Assembly: GCA_019358935.1 (NCBI GenBank)
Contig: JAHHIK010000057.1
Span: 1 to 54,783, forward strand
From: Tolypothrix carrinoi HA7290-LM1
GTDB taxonomy: Bacteria; Cyanobacteriota; Cyanobacteriia; Cyanobacteriales; Nostocaceae
Length of the DNA: 54,783 bases
Reading direction: 5' to 3'
Each line of letters opens with the position of its first letter. Position 1 is the stretch's first letter. Below are positions 1 through 10,013 of this stretch, one piece after another. The translations under genes and the position numbers were made by a program. The notes beneath the pieces are model-generated. The model was not told where the DNA came from. It made no database searches and worked only from the letters and a program-made list of their open reading frames with translations.

Positions 1-122
1 AATTGAAGACTTGCTTGATACTTTGCCGGAACCACTAAAAGAAAATATCACGGCGCTTGGTTAACCCTGCATCGTAGCTTTCATCCCCTGGCTAAAGCCA
101 AGGGGTTTTCAGCATACCTCTT
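1..122 (-). mobile_element. IS200/IS605-family element left end (partial, runs off window), inserted 3' of TTAT; carries the 3' end of a small ORF (2..64, +, ...IEDLLDTLPEPLKENITALG*), probably a ribbon-helix-helix protein
   Basis: Subterminal hairpin CCCCTGGCTAAAGCCAAGGGG at 85-105. End motif ttcatc...ggggttttc.gcat....ttataa recurs in reverse at 35695-35775. It truncates the adjacent gene. Confidence 0.7.
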
Positions 123-417
123 ATAATGTCAGCTGGTCTGTGCCCATCAAACCGTTTACCTGGTCAACGTACTGTTTGATAGTATCTCTAGGCTGGGGCG
201 AACCATCACCAAATTTGCTGAGTACTCCGTCAATTACTGCAAGGTCTTGTTGGTCATCTTTGATAAAGTCGTTAAAGCGATCGCTAATTTCACTATCGCT
301 GCTCAAAGCAGGCGTTAATTTCTGTTCAGTAGCAATCAATAACTCTTGTAGCGCTTTCAAATCTGCCAGTTCCCTAGCGATCGCGCTACGCTTTGTATCA
401 TCCAAAGCTACAACCAT
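121..417 (-). pseudogene. 5' fragment of a cyanobacterial hemerythrin/ferritin-like domain protein, interrupted by the IS
   Basis: N-terminus MVVALDDTKRSAIARELADLKALQ resembles a longer cyanobacterial family. The stop TAA is created at the IS junction (TTAT|AA). Confidence 0.65.
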
Positions 418-532
418 GATTGACTTTCCTCAAATAATAAGCGAGCAAGATTAATATCTCACGGTTATTTGTTATTTCCCTCTTTCTTGAGATACATTAT
501 CAATTATTTGCTTTTTATTGCTATGAGCCAAA

Positions 533-1507
533 TTACAGGGTTAGCGGATGCAGTATTGTTAAATGAAAGCCGTGTCTAGTTTCCGGTTTCAAATACCGCT
601 CCTGTAAGGGTTGCCACTGCTGCCACAATTTATAACGATTTTCTGCTAATAAATTTGCAAAAGTGGGAAGTTTAGTTTCAATTTCTGACTCGAAGACATC
701 CGTCAGCCACTCGCCTAAGACTACACTATCTTGAATTGAACCCAAGATGTCTTGAATGTTTTTAACATCTGCTACATAAACTGAGTAAGATTCAGCGTAT
801 AACTCAGTAAATAACTCCATCTGATAGCGCACGCGCTTGGCTTGTTTACGCAATGTATGCAGCATTTCGCCATTAGTTGCCAATTCTTTCTCTATCTTCT
901 GGGCTTTTAAACCTTTAGGAATGACAACTTTTGCATTTTCTACTTGCGTTCCCACTAACCAACCCGGATCTAGCAATAAACTACTCACTTCCGGCAAAAG
1001 TAAATCCGGTAGCAATTCTTGCATAGGCAAAGATGCTACAGGTAGATAAGTTGGGTTTTCCAACCACTCGTTCATTCCCTGTTTTAGAGACTTATAATGC
1101 TCATCTTTAAATGTTGCTTGCACTCCTTCTAACGCATCTTCGCGTTGTTTAGATAAAGCATCGAAAGCTGTTTGCAGAGATTTTTGTTCTTTATGCGGTA
1201 AATTTGGACGGTAAGTGTTTTCCAAAGATTCTTTGAGTACATCCAAATCTCGCAACGTACCAAGACGACGGGCAATTTTGCCAATATTTTTATCACTTAC
1301 TGGCTTAGATAAATCTAAAGCTAGCCCAAATCTGCTGACTGCTGTGCGTAAACGACGCATCCCTACTCGCATTTGATGCAGAGCTTCTGGATCTTCGTCT
1401 TTCTTAACAGTTTTTTCCCACTTTAAGGTTTTCTTAAAGTGTTTTTTCATTGCTTCGTGAGCATAGTCACCTAGCGTTTTTAGTTTGGCTTGTGCAACTA
1501 ATTCCAT
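533..1507 (-). CDS. CHAD domain protein (polyphosphate-binding)
   Basis: EALHQMRVGMRRLR, LGTLRDLDV, LHTLRKQAKRVRY and QDILGSIQD motifs. Confidence 0.9.
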   Translation of the reverse strand: MELVAQAKLKTLGDYAHEAMKKHFKKTLKWEKTVKKDEDPEALHQMRVGMRRLRTAVSRFGLALDLSKPVSDKNIGKIARRLGTLRDLDVLKESLENTYRPNLPHKEQKSLQTAFDALSKQREDALEGVQATFKDEHYKSLKQGMNEWLENPTYLPVASLPMQELLPDLLLPEVSSLLLDPGWLVGTQVENAKVVIPKGLKAQKIEKELATNGEMLHTLRKQAKRVRYQMELFTELYAESYSVYVADVKNIQDILGSIQDSVVLGEWLTDVFESEIETKLPTFANLLAENRYKLWQQWQPLQERYLKPETRHGFHLTILHPLTL

Positions 1508-1850
1508 AATATTATTGGTATGAATTTGATAGCAACAACTGCTTAATTAGATTTTTGTATGATAACACTAATTACAATTTTATCTCTCTTTTTTGCAGAT
1601 TTTTATCTAATTGATTTCAACGGCATTATTCTAACTTTTGATGCTTGTTTGTCTTTTATAAGAATGTTAATTATCACATTTTTTTCATATTAAGTTATAA
1701 ATGTTTTTAGAGTAACATATAAACTTAATAAATATTATTTTAGCTGGAAAAACTGGATAAACGTTATACTTGCTGTCATTATTTTTAATACTAAAGTATG
1801 ATAAAACACATAATAATAACAATATATTACACGATAGGAGCAAAGGTAAA

Positions 1851-2918
1851 ATGGATAACTCATATTTACTAAGTCAAGTATCCTTAACTTTTACTGACGG
1901 TTTTAAAGAATACAGAGAAGACCTTTCCGCAGTGCTGCTGACTCCAGAAAAGCATTTGTGGTTGGGTTCAGATGAAACCTCGACTATTGAGCGTCTTTCT
2001 TTGGTTGATGGCGATAATTTTGCAAATCACGATCGCTATCGAGTGGCAGAATTTATAGATTTACCGGCATCAGAAGAAAAAGAAATTGACATTGAAGGAC
2101 TTGCCTACACCGATTATTATCTTTGGTTAACAGGTTCCCATAGCTACAAACGCAAAAAGCCTAAATCTGATAAATCAGATGAAAAAAACATTGAAAGACT
2201 GGCAAAAATTGACACAGAACCTAATCGTTATATTCTGGGAAGAATTCCGCTTGTGGACGGTAAGTTATTTGAGTCATGCCCGCACCCGCAAAATCCAGAT
2301 ATATTGTTAAGTGCCGCCAAGCTGGAAATAACTCCGACAGGAAACTTGTTAATGGCAGCTTTAGCAGACGATCCTCATTTAGGCTTTTTTGTGAAAGCAG
2401 CAATTCCGGGGAAAGATAATGGCTTTGATGTGGAAGGGATAGCTGTCTGTCAAAAGCGAGTTTTTATCGGTTTGCGCGGTCCGGTTTTGCGTGGTTGGGC
2501 GGTGATGCTGGAAGTAGAATTAGAAACATCTACCCCCAAAATCATGACACTGCGGGAAATTGGTAAAGAGGGAAAGTCATATAAAAAGCATTTTCTCTTT
2601 TTGAATGGTTTGGGAATTCGGGATATGCATCTTGATGGTGAGGATTTGTTGATTTTAGCCGGACCAACAATGGATTTAGATGGACCGGTGCAACTTTATC
2701 GTTTGCGAAATGCTGTGAATTTAACAGAAAATACACTTCATTATCCAGAGTTTCTGCAAGATATTCCTTATGGAAACAGAATTGAACACGCTGAAGGCTT
2801 TACGTTATTTCAAGATGTAACTGGGATACCTTCTGTATTGGTGGTTTATGACTCGCCGGCAAAAACTCGGTTGTTTGGTGATGGTGGTGTGATGGCTGAT
2901 GTGTTTCGTCTGAGTTAA
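1851..2918 (+). CDS. DUF3616 domain protein
   Basis: IDIEGL, GSHSYKRKK, GFDVEG and GLRGPVLRGWA motifs. ATG at 1851 is preferred to the TTG at 1770. Confidence 0.8.
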   Translation: MDNSYLLSQVSLTFTDGFKEYREDLSAVLLTPEKHLWLGSDETSTIERLSLVDGDNFANHDRYRVAEFIDLPASEEKEIDIEGLAYTDYYLWLTGSHSYKRKKPKSDKSDEKNIERLAKIDTEPNRYILGRIPLVDGKLFESCPHPQNPDILLSAAKLEITPTGNLLMAALADDPHLGFFVKAAIPGKDNGFDVEGIAVCQKRVFIGLRGPVLRGWAVMLEVELETSTPKIMTLREIGKEGKSYKKHFLFLNGLGIRDMHLDGEDLLILAGPTMDLDGPVQLYRLRNAVNLTENTLHYPEFLQDIPYGNRIEHAEGFTLFQDVTGIPSVLVVYDSPAKTRLFGDGGVMADVFRLS

Positions 2919-3319
2919 AGGTTGGTTGAGATTGCTTGGACGGGACAGGTGGGTATACATTGTTCGCAGACGATGCAACGCGATCGCGTAAATGTCAGTT
3001 TATATGTTTCCGGGTTCAGGGTAAGCGCTTCGGTGGGACAAACTCCCGTACACAAACCACAATCAACACAAACATCTTCATCGATCGCTATTTCGCCTAA
3101 ACTGAGGGAAACGTTAATATTTTGCGATCGCATCCACTCTATTGCCGCATCTAGCTGATCTATGTCCCCTGAAAGTTCAACTACAAGTTTACCAATTTGA
3201 TTTGGGGCAACTTGAGCGCGGATAATATTTGCAGCGACGTTGAATTCTTTCGCCAGTCTATAGGTTACTGGCATTTGTACAGCGCGTTTGGGAAAGGTGA
3301 GGGTAACTCTTTTTTTCAC
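2915..3319 (-). CDS. NIL domain plus 2[4Fe-4S] ferredoxin
   Basis: N-terminal NIL-like domain and two CxxCxxCxxxCP motifs. Confidence 0.9.
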   Translation of the reverse strand: MKKRVTLTFPKRAVQMPVTYRLAKEFNVAANIIRAQVAPNQIGKLVVELSGDIDQLDAAIEWMRSQNINVSLSLGEIAIDEDVCVDCGLCTGVCPTEALTLNPETYKLTFTRSRCIVCEQCIPTCPVQAISTNL

Positions 3320-3434
3320 AGATTTGTCAGAGGGTTTTATCTGTTGTAGCGTAGTGGGTTGAGCGTAGGAACCGCCAAGACAGAAAAAGGTAAACTAAAG
3401 AAGATGCAACTTAATAAGATTTAATAAATTTGTT

Positions 3435-4022
3435 ATGAGTACAGATTCGCCTATATCTTCTCAAAAGCCAGAAACTACAGCGGGGACACGCTTAAGAAAT
3501 TTTGCGATCGCAATGGTAGCGATCGCCCTGAGTGTTGCCTTATTTTTAGGATTGCGAACTCAAACACCCGAAGCAAGTCTTGCAAAGTTAGATGAAGGGT
3601 CTACACCATTAGAATTAGCTTTGACAAACGGCAAGCCAACGCTGATGGAGTTTTATGCAGATTGGTGTACTGTTTGCCAAAAAATGGCACCAGATATGCA
3701 ACAGTTCGAGACGCAATATGCTGACAAAGTTAATTTTGTCATGCTGAATGTAGATAATACCAAATGGCTGCCGGAGATGTTGAAGTATCGGGTGGATGGA
3801 ATTCCCCATTTTGTTTTTTTGGGTAAAGATGGGGAAACAATCGCCCAGGCGATCGGCGATCTACCGCGTACAATTATGGGAAGTAATTTAGAAGCCTTGG
3901 CTACTGGTTCATCTTTGCCTTATGCTCAAGCAAGCGGACAAGTTTCCAAATTTTCCGCACCAGTTAAACCAACAAGTAGTAAAGACGATCCTCGCCTCCA
4001 CAGTAGCCAAGTTGTAAATTAG
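3435..4022 (+). CDS. txlA: Membrane-anchored thioredoxin, TxlA/HCF164 family
   Basis: N-terminal TM helix, EFYADWCTVC active site, YRVDGIPHFVF, C-terminal DPR motif. Confidence 0.9.
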   Translation: MSTDSPISSQKPETTAGTRLRNFAIAMVAIALSVALFLGLRTQTPEASLAKLDEGSTPLELALTNGKPTLMEFYADWCTVCQKMAPDMQQFETQYADKVNFVMLNVDNTKWLPEMLKYRVDGIPHFVFLGKDGETIAQAIGDLPRTIMGSNLEALATGSSLPYAQASGQVSKFSAPVKPTSSKDDPRLHSSQVVN

Positions 4023-4100
4023 CAGAAATTCTTAATTCCTAAGTTTGGTTTTCATACCATTTCTCTATGAGCCTGCATTTAATTTAGGTTCGACGAAGAA

Positions 4101-4137
4101 TAGCTAGGCGATCGCAGCGGGGGCAATCGCCTAGCTA
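4101..4137. terminator. Inverted repeat between convergent txlA and csp genes
   Basis: TAGCTAGGCGAT...ATCGCCTAGCTA stem. Confidence 0.55.
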
Positions 4138-4186
4138 TTAAGGCTGATACTTACTGGTGTCGCGTACTTGTAGTGGTAGTTGTGGG

Positions 4187-4507
4187 TTAGATTGGTGTGA
4201 CATTAACGGCGGCCGGTCCTTTCTGACCGTCTTGAATCTCAAACTCGACTGATTGACCTTCCGCAAGGGTCTTAAAGCCATTGCCTTGTATGGCAGAAAA
4301 ATGTACGAAAACGTCTTTACTCCCATCTGCTGGTGTTATGAAGCCAAACCCTTTCGCTTCATTAAACCACTTTACTTGACCTTTCATCTTGGTGGCTACG
4401 GCGTATGATGGTGCGCTGATACCTATAACAAGCACAGCAACCAGAGCCACTACAATTATTAATCGACGTACTAAGCGAGACATTTTTTGCTGAAATAGTA
4501 CACTCAT
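4187..4507 (-). CDS. csp: Cold-shock domain protein (CspC-like) with N-terminal Sec-type signal peptide
   Basis: [16 protein letters not shown] (RNP1) and VFVHF (RNP2). A 36-aa leader has basic N-region, hydrophobic core and SYA site. AAAGGA RBS precedes ATG 4507. Confidence 0.9.
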   Translation of the reverse strand: MSVLFQQKMSRLVRRLIIVVALVAVLVIGISAPSYAVATKMKGQVKWFNEAKGFGFITPADGSKDVFVHFSAIQGNGFKTLAEGQSVEFEIQDGQKGPAAVNVTPI

Positions 4508-4630
4508 TACAAATTCCTTTGTCTTGTAAGGATTGATCTAGCGTCATATTAGCATGACCTTCTGCCCTCTGCCTTCGCCATCACCAAATGCCAAGACCCT
4601 TAATTTAGCCCACGCAGGTAAGCTCTGTAC

Positions 4631-5149
4631 GTGATTGCAATGGTAGCGATCGCCCTGAGTGTTGCCTTATTTTTAGGATTGCGAACTCAAACGTCAGAAG
4701 CAACTCTTGTGAAGTTAGATGAAGCGTCTACACCATTAGAATTAGCTTTGACGAATGGCAAGCCAACGCTGATGGAGTTTTATGCTGATTGGTGTACTGT
4801 TTGTCAGAAAATGGCACCAGATATGCAACAGTTGGAGACGCAATATGCTGACAAAGTTAATTTTGTCATGCTGAATGTAGATAATACCAAATGGCTGCCG
4901 GAGATGTTGAAGTATCGGGTGGATGGAATTCCCCATTTTGTTTTTTTGGGTAAAGATGGGGAAACAATCGCCCAGGCGATCGGCGATCTACCGCGTACAA
5001 TTATGGGAAGTAATTTAGAAGCCTTGGTTACTGGTTCATCTTTGCCTTATGCTCAAGCAAGCGGACAAGTTTCCAAATTTTCTGCACCAGTCGCACCAAC
5101 AAGTAGTAAAGACGATCCTCGGCTTCATAGTAGCCAAGTTGTAAATTAA
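4631..5149 (+). CDS. txlA: Second, 5'-truncated copy of txlA (possibly pseudogene)
   Basis: Near-identical to 3504-4022, lacks the first ~23 codons, has no evident RBS, keeps WCTVC. Confidence 0.75.
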   Translation: MIAMVAIALSVALFLGLRTQTSEATLVKLDEASTPLELALTNGKPTLMEFYADWCTVCQKMAPDMQQLETQYADKVNFVMLNVDNTKWLPEMLKYRVDGIPHFVFLGKDGETIAQAIGDLPRTIMGSNLEALVTGSSLPYAQASGQVSKFSAPVAPTSSKDDPRLHSSQVVN

Positions 5150-5180
5150 CGTGAGTTCGGCAAACCTCAAAGTATAGCAA

Positions 5181-5216
5181 AAAGTTTGAGCGGAAGTTAC
5201 GATCGCTCAAACTTTT
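5181..5216. terminator. Hairpin downstream of txlA copy 2
   Basis: AAAAGTTTGAGCG...CGCTCAAACTTTT. Confidence 0.6.
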
Positions 5217-5305
5217 ATGCGTTAGGTAATTATGAATTATTAAGGAATTCGACCTTTACATGGTGAAATAATATAGCAATCCGAAACGAGACATCTAGTC
5301 AAATT

Positions 5306-6529
5306 ATGAATAGACCACAAGCGATCGCCACTGTATTCTTAAGCATCTGTACCGTACTGCTAACAGCTTGCAGTGGTAGTAACACTGGGACAAATGCCAA
5401 TAATACTACCAGCAGTACGACCAAAACTACATCGAGCGCTATTCCCATCGGTGTCGCCTTTGCCCAGACTAGCAACGTTGCCTTACTTGGTCAAGAGGGA
5501 GCCGCAGGAGCAAAAATTGCCGAAAAGTATTTTAATGAGAAAGGTGGCGTAAATGGTACACCAATTAAATTAATTTTTCAAGATACTAGCGGTGATGAAG
5601 CCGGAGCAATTAACGCTTTTCAAACTTTAATTAACAAAGATAAAGTTGTCGGTATTATTGGACCGACTTTATCACAGCAAGGATTTAGCACTGGTCCGGT
5701 TGCAGAACGTGCTAAAGTTCCAGTAGTAGCTGCATCGAATACAGCATCAGGAATACCTGAATTAGGCGATTATATTTCTCGTGTTTCTGCACCTGCTTTT
5801 AAAGTCGCTCCTAATTCTGTCAAAGCTGCATTAAAACAGAATCCACAAATTAAAAAAGTTGCTTTTTTCTACGCTCAAAATGACGCTTTTAATAAATCAG
5901 AAACAGAAATTTTTCAGAAAACAGTTAAGGAACAAGGTTTAGAAATAGTCACGGTGCAAAAGTTCCAAACTACTGATACTGATTTTCAAAGTCAAGCGAC
6001 TAATGCAATTAATTTAAAGCCAGATTTAGCGATTATTTCTGGTTTAGCTGCTGATGGTGGGAACTTAGTGCGACAATTGCGCGAACTCGGTTATAAAGGC
6101 TTAATTATTGGTGGTAATGGGTTGAATTCATCTAATGTATTATCAGTTTGTAAAGCGCTATGTGATGGAGTGATGATTGCTCAAGCTTACAGTCCAGACC
6201 ATTCTAATGAGATTAACAAATTTTTTCGTCAAGCATATCTTGACCAATACAAAAAAGAACCTCCTCAATTTACCGCTCAAGCTTTTACCGCAGTACAGGT
6301 TTATGTAGAAGCACTCAAGGCTTTAGATAATAAGAGCAAAGTTAATAAATTACAACTACCGCAATTACGAACAGAATTAAATAAGCAGATCCTAGCTGGA
6401 AAGTATGACACACCATTGGGTGAAATTTCTTTTACCCCCATAGGTGAAGTAGTCCAGAAAGATTTTTATGTTGCCCAAATCAAAATGGATAAAGATGGTA
6501 AAAATGGAAAATTCACCTTCATTAAATAG
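5306..6529 (+). CDS. Branched-chain/neutral amino acid ABC transporter substrate-binding lipoprotein (LivJ/K-like)
   Basis: Lipobox LTAC, Peripla_BP_6-like motifs, first gene of a liv-type operon. Confidence 0.9.
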   Translation: MNRPQAIATVFLSICTVLLTACSGSNTGTNANNTTSSTTKTTSSAIPIGVAFAQTSNVALLGQEGAAGAKIAEKYFNEKGGVNGTPIKLIFQDTSGDEAGAINAFQTLINKDKVVGIIGPTLSQQGFSTGPVAERAKVPVVAASNTASGIPELGDYISRVSAPAFKVAPNSVKAALKQNPQIKKVAFFYAQNDAFNKSETEIFQKTVKEQGLEIVTVQKFQTTDTDFQSQATNAINLKPDLAIISGLAADGGNLVRQLRELGYKGLIIGGNGLNSSNVLSVCKALCDGVMIAQAYSPDHSNEINKFFRQAYLDQYKKEPPQFTAQAFTAVQVYVEALKALDNKSKVNKLQLPQLRTELNKQILAGKYDTPLGEISFTPIGEVVQKDFYVAQIKMDKDGKNGKFTFIK

Positions 6530-6584
6530 TCAATCTATCCGCTTGAGTAAAAATTACCAATAAACTCATAAATCAGTTCAGCAA

Positions 6585-7535
6585 ATGGATATAACTTTCG
6601 TTTTGCAGCAATTATTAAATGGGTTATCCATTGGCAGTGTATACGCAATTTTTGCCTTGGGATATACCTTAGTTTATTCAATTTTGGGCATCATTAATTT
6701 AGCGCACGGGGCAATTTTTACCTTGGGTGCATATTTTACTTATGCACTCATGGGTGGTAATTTTGGCTTTAGTGGCTTATTAGCTAATGCAGTTTTACCT
6801 GTAAAATTGCCTTTTGCTATTTCTTTGATTTTAAGTAGTATTTTGGCAGGTTTAATCGGGATAATAATGGAACGCATCGCTTTTAAACCACTACGACGTA
6901 AAGGTTCTGACCCATTGCTGACAGTTGTTTCTAGCTTGGGTGTAGCGGTGGTAATTGTTAATTTGATTCAATATTTAGTAGGTGCAGAAAGTTACACTTT
7001 TCCGGCAGATACTTTTGGTAATTTACCCGCAGCAATTAACTTTGGCACTGTAGAGAAACCGATTCCTATCCGCAGCGTGCAATTGGTAATTTTTGCCGTT
7101 TCTATGTTAATTGTTTTGATTCTTACTTATTTTATTAATTCTACAAAATATGGGAAAGCAATGCAAGCGATCGCTGAAGATCAAGTGACTGCGAGTTTAT
7201 TAGGAATTAACACAGATAAATTTATTATTCTCACCTTTTTTATCAGTAGTTTATTAGCAGGACTAGCAGGTAGTTTAGTTGCTTCTAGTGTCAGTATTGC
7301 TGGTCCATATTTCGGGATTGGTTTTGGTTTACGGGGTTTAGCAGTCATAGTTTTAGGTGGTTTAGGAAGTATTCCGGGTGCAGTTTTAGGAGGTTTAGTT
7401 ATTGGTGTAATTGAAGCCTTAGTTCCATCGGAATATTCTGGTTATAAAGATGCTGTGGCTTTTGGCATATTATTTATCATGCTGTTAGTTAGACCTGAAG
7501 GTTTGCTCGGAAAGAAGTTTATTCAGAAAGTATAA
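6585..7535 (+). CDS. livH: Branched-chain amino acid ABC permease
   Basis: QQLLNGLSIGSVYAIFALGYTLVY, INLAHG, VLGGLGSIPGA. Confidence 0.92.
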   Translation: MDITFVLQQLLNGLSIGSVYAIFALGYTLVYSILGIINLAHGAIFTLGAYFTYALMGGNFGFSGLLANAVLPVKLPFAISLILSSILAGLIGIIMERIAFKPLRRKGSDPLLTVVSSLGVAVVIVNLIQYLVGAESYTFPADTFGNLPAAINFGTVEKPIPIRSVQLVIFAVSMLIVLILTYFINSTKYGKAMQAIAEDQVTASLLGINTDKFIILTFFISSLLAGLAGSLVASSVSIAGPYFGIGFGLRGLAVIVLGGLGSIPGAVLGGLVIGVIEALVPSEYSGYKDAVAFGILFIMLLVRPEGLLGKKFIQKV

Positions 7536-7542
7536 AAATTAA

Positions 7543-8472
7543 ATGAATGATTTTTTTTCAACTTACGGTTCTTTAATTGTCTCAATGGTCTTAGGTTCAC
7601 TGGTTGGATTATCATTATACTTACCATTAATGACTGGACAGTTATCTTTAGCGAGTCCAGGATTTTATGCTTTAGGTGGCTATATTGCCGCAATTTTATC
7701 TACTAAAGTATTCATCTCTAAGAGTAATTTATTCCCAATTCATTTCTTATTATTGGAAATGTTAATTGCTGGAATTATTTCTGGTTTCTTGGGTATCGCT
7801 GTCGGGATTCCGGCTTTAAGATTAAGAGGAATATATTTAGCGATCGCGACTATTGCCTTTGTCGAAGTTTTGCGCGTCATCTCCCTGAATTTAGACATTA
7901 CAGGTGGTGCAGTTGGTATTTTTGGTATTCCTCAACCTTTTGAAACTCAAATAGAATATCTCTGGATAGCACTTCCATTATTAATTATAAGTATGATGCT
8001 ATTTTATCGCTTAGAACAAATTCGTGTTGGTAGGGCTTTTCTGGCAATTAGAGAAGATGAATTAGCAGCAGGGGCAATGGGAATTAACCCGACATATTAT
8101 AAGGTATTAGCATTTACTTTGGGTTCAATTCTTGCGGGAATTGTTGGTGCAATTAGCGCTCATTTTCTCAATACTTGGAATGCGCGTCAAGGTACATTTG
8201 ATGCTAGTATTATTTATTTAACTTTTGTCTTAATAGGTGGTTCGAGAAGTTTTTTAGGTGCTGTATTAGGAGGAATGGTTTTTACAGCTTTACCAGAAGT
8301 TTTAAGGAATTTAGCTGATACAGGTGGTTTACCTGATTGGTTATCTCACTTTTTACGTGATGGTAGATTGATTATTTTTGGATTGTTAATTGTGATTGGG
8401 ACAATATTTTTTCCGCAAGGTTTAGTAACTCCTGATATATTCAAAAAATTAACTAAAGTTAAACGTAGTTAA
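7543..8472 (+). CDS. livM: Branched-chain amino acid ABC permease
   Basis: LRLRGIYLAIAT, GRAFLAIREDELAA. Confidence 0.92.
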   Translation: MNDFFSTYGSLIVSMVLGSLVGLSLYLPLMTGQLSLASPGFYALGGYIAAILSTKVFISKSNLFPIHFLLLEMLIAGIISGFLGIAVGIPALRLRGIYLAIATIAFVEVLRVISLNLDITGGAVGIFGIPQPFETQIEYLWIALPLLIISMMLFYRLEQIRVGRAFLAIREDELAAGAMGINPTYYKVLAFTLGSILAGIVGAISAHFLNTWNARQGTFDASIIYLTFVLIGGSRSFLGAVLGGMVFTALPEVLRNLADTGGLPDWLSHFLRDGRLIIFGLLIVIGTIFFPQGLVTPDIFKKLTKVKRS

Positions 8473-8474
8473 AT

Positions 8475-9254
8475 ATGCAATTATCTCCAAAAACTACAAT
8501 TATTTTAGAAGCAAAACAACTAACTCGTCGTTTTGGTGGTTTAGTAGCAGTGAATAATGTTTCTTTTGCAGTTAAGAAACATGAAATATTCGGTTTAATT
8601 GGTCCCAATGGTGCTGGAAAAACTACTCTGTTTAATTTAATTACCGCTTTAATTCCTTTTTCTAGCGGTGAATTAATTTATGCAGGTAAAGTTATTTCCC
8701 AATTGAAACCGCATCAAATAGCAGGTTTAGGTATTGCCAGAACTTTTCAAAATATTCGCTTATTCGGAGAATTATCGGCTTTAGAAAATGTAATTATTGC
8801 CCGTCATTTGCATACCCAAAGCAATATAATTACAGGTGTTTTAGGTTTACCGCTGGCAGCGAGGGAAGAGGAAAATAGCAGAGAAAAAGCGTTAGCATTA
8901 TTAGAGTTGATTGGATTAAGCGATCGCACCGAAGAAAAAGCCAAAAATTTCGCTTATGGTGACCAGCGTCGCTTGGAAATAGCTCGCGCTTTAGCCTTAG
9001 AACCGCAAATTTTATTGTTAGATGAACCTGCTGCGGGAATGAACCCTAATGAGAAACATCAATTAAGTGAATTTATCCGCGATCTGCGCGATCGCTTTAA
9101 TTTAACAATCATCTTGATTGAGCATCATGTACCATTAGTAATGGGATTATGCGATCGCATTGCCGTCTTAGATTTTGGACAATTAATTGCTTTAGGTGAA
9201 CCATCTGTAGTCAGAAACGATCCAGCCGTAATTGAAGCATATTTAGGAGATTAA
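8475..9254 (+). CDS. livG: Branched-chain amino acid ABC ATPase
   Basis: GPNGAGKTT, ARTFQNIRLF, YGDQRRLEIARAL, LLDEPAAG. Confidence 0.93.
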   Translation: MQLSPKTTIILEAKQLTRRFGGLVAVNNVSFAVKKHEIFGLIGPNGAGKTTLFNLITALIPFSSGELIYAGKVISQLKPHQIAGLGIARTFQNIRLFGELSALENVIIARHLHTQSNIITGVLGLPLAAREEENSREKALALLELIGLSDRTEEKAKNFAYGDQRRLEIARALALEPQILLLDEPAAGMNPNEKHQLSEFIRDLRDRFNLTIILIEHHVPLVMGLCDRIAVLDFGQLIALGEPSVVRNDPAVIEAYLGD

Positions 9255-9272
9255 TAAGGAATTAAACCGCAA

Positions 9273-10007
9273 ATGAATCCCGATAAACACCAAGTAATAG
9301 ATGAAATTATATTACAATTGCAAGACTTAGATGTAAGTTATGGCGGTATTAAAGCACTAAAAAAAATTAATTTAACTATCAAAAAAGGTGAAGTAGTTAC
9401 CCTAATAGGTGCTAATGGTGCTGGTAAGACTACTACTTTGAGAGCTATTTCTAAAATAGTTAATCCTCAAAGTGGTAACATTATTTATAATGGACGCAAT
9501 ATTACTCGTCGTCAGGCTCATGAAGTTGTCAAATTGGGTATTGCTCATTGTCCCGAAGGACGTAGGGTTTTAGCCAAACAAACAGTTCTTGATAACTTCA
9601 TGTTAGGAGCTTATATTCGTGACGATCGAGAAATCAAAGCAGATATTAACAAGCAATTTGATTTATTTCCTCGGTTAGCGCAAAGACGCAATCAACTAGC
9701 AGGAACTTTAAGCGGTGGTGAACAACAAATGTTAGCTATATCCCGTGCTTTAATGAGTAGACCAAAACTTTTACTTTTAGACGAACCGAGTTTAGGTTTA
9801 GCACCTGCGATCATCAAGGAAATTTTTGCAATTATTCAAAATTTGCGGAAAACAGGTGTGACAATATTATTAGTTGAACAAAACGCAAATCTCGCTTTGC
9901 AAATCGCAGATAGCGGTTATGTTTTAGAAGCTGGTTCTATTACTTTAACAGGTGCAGCATCAGAATTAATTAGTGATGAAAGAGTCAAACAAGCCTATTT
10001 AGGTTAA
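9273..10007 (+). CDS. livF: Branched-chain amino acid ABC ATPase
   Basis: GANGAGKTT, PEGRR, LSGGEQQMLA, LLDEPSLGLAP. Confidence 0.93.
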   Translation: MNPDKHQVIDEIILQLQDLDVSYGGIKALKKINLTIKKGEVVTLIGANGAGKTTTLRAISKIVNPQSGNIIYNGRNITRRQAHEVVKLGIAHCPEGRRVLAKQTVLDNFMLGAYIRDDREIKADINKQFDLFPRLAQRRNQLAGTLSGGEQQMLAISRALMSRPKLLLLDEPSLGLAPAIIKEIFAIIQNLRKTGVTILLVEQNANLALQIADSGYVLEAGSITLTGAASELISDERVKQAYLG

Positions 10008-10013
10008 AAATTT

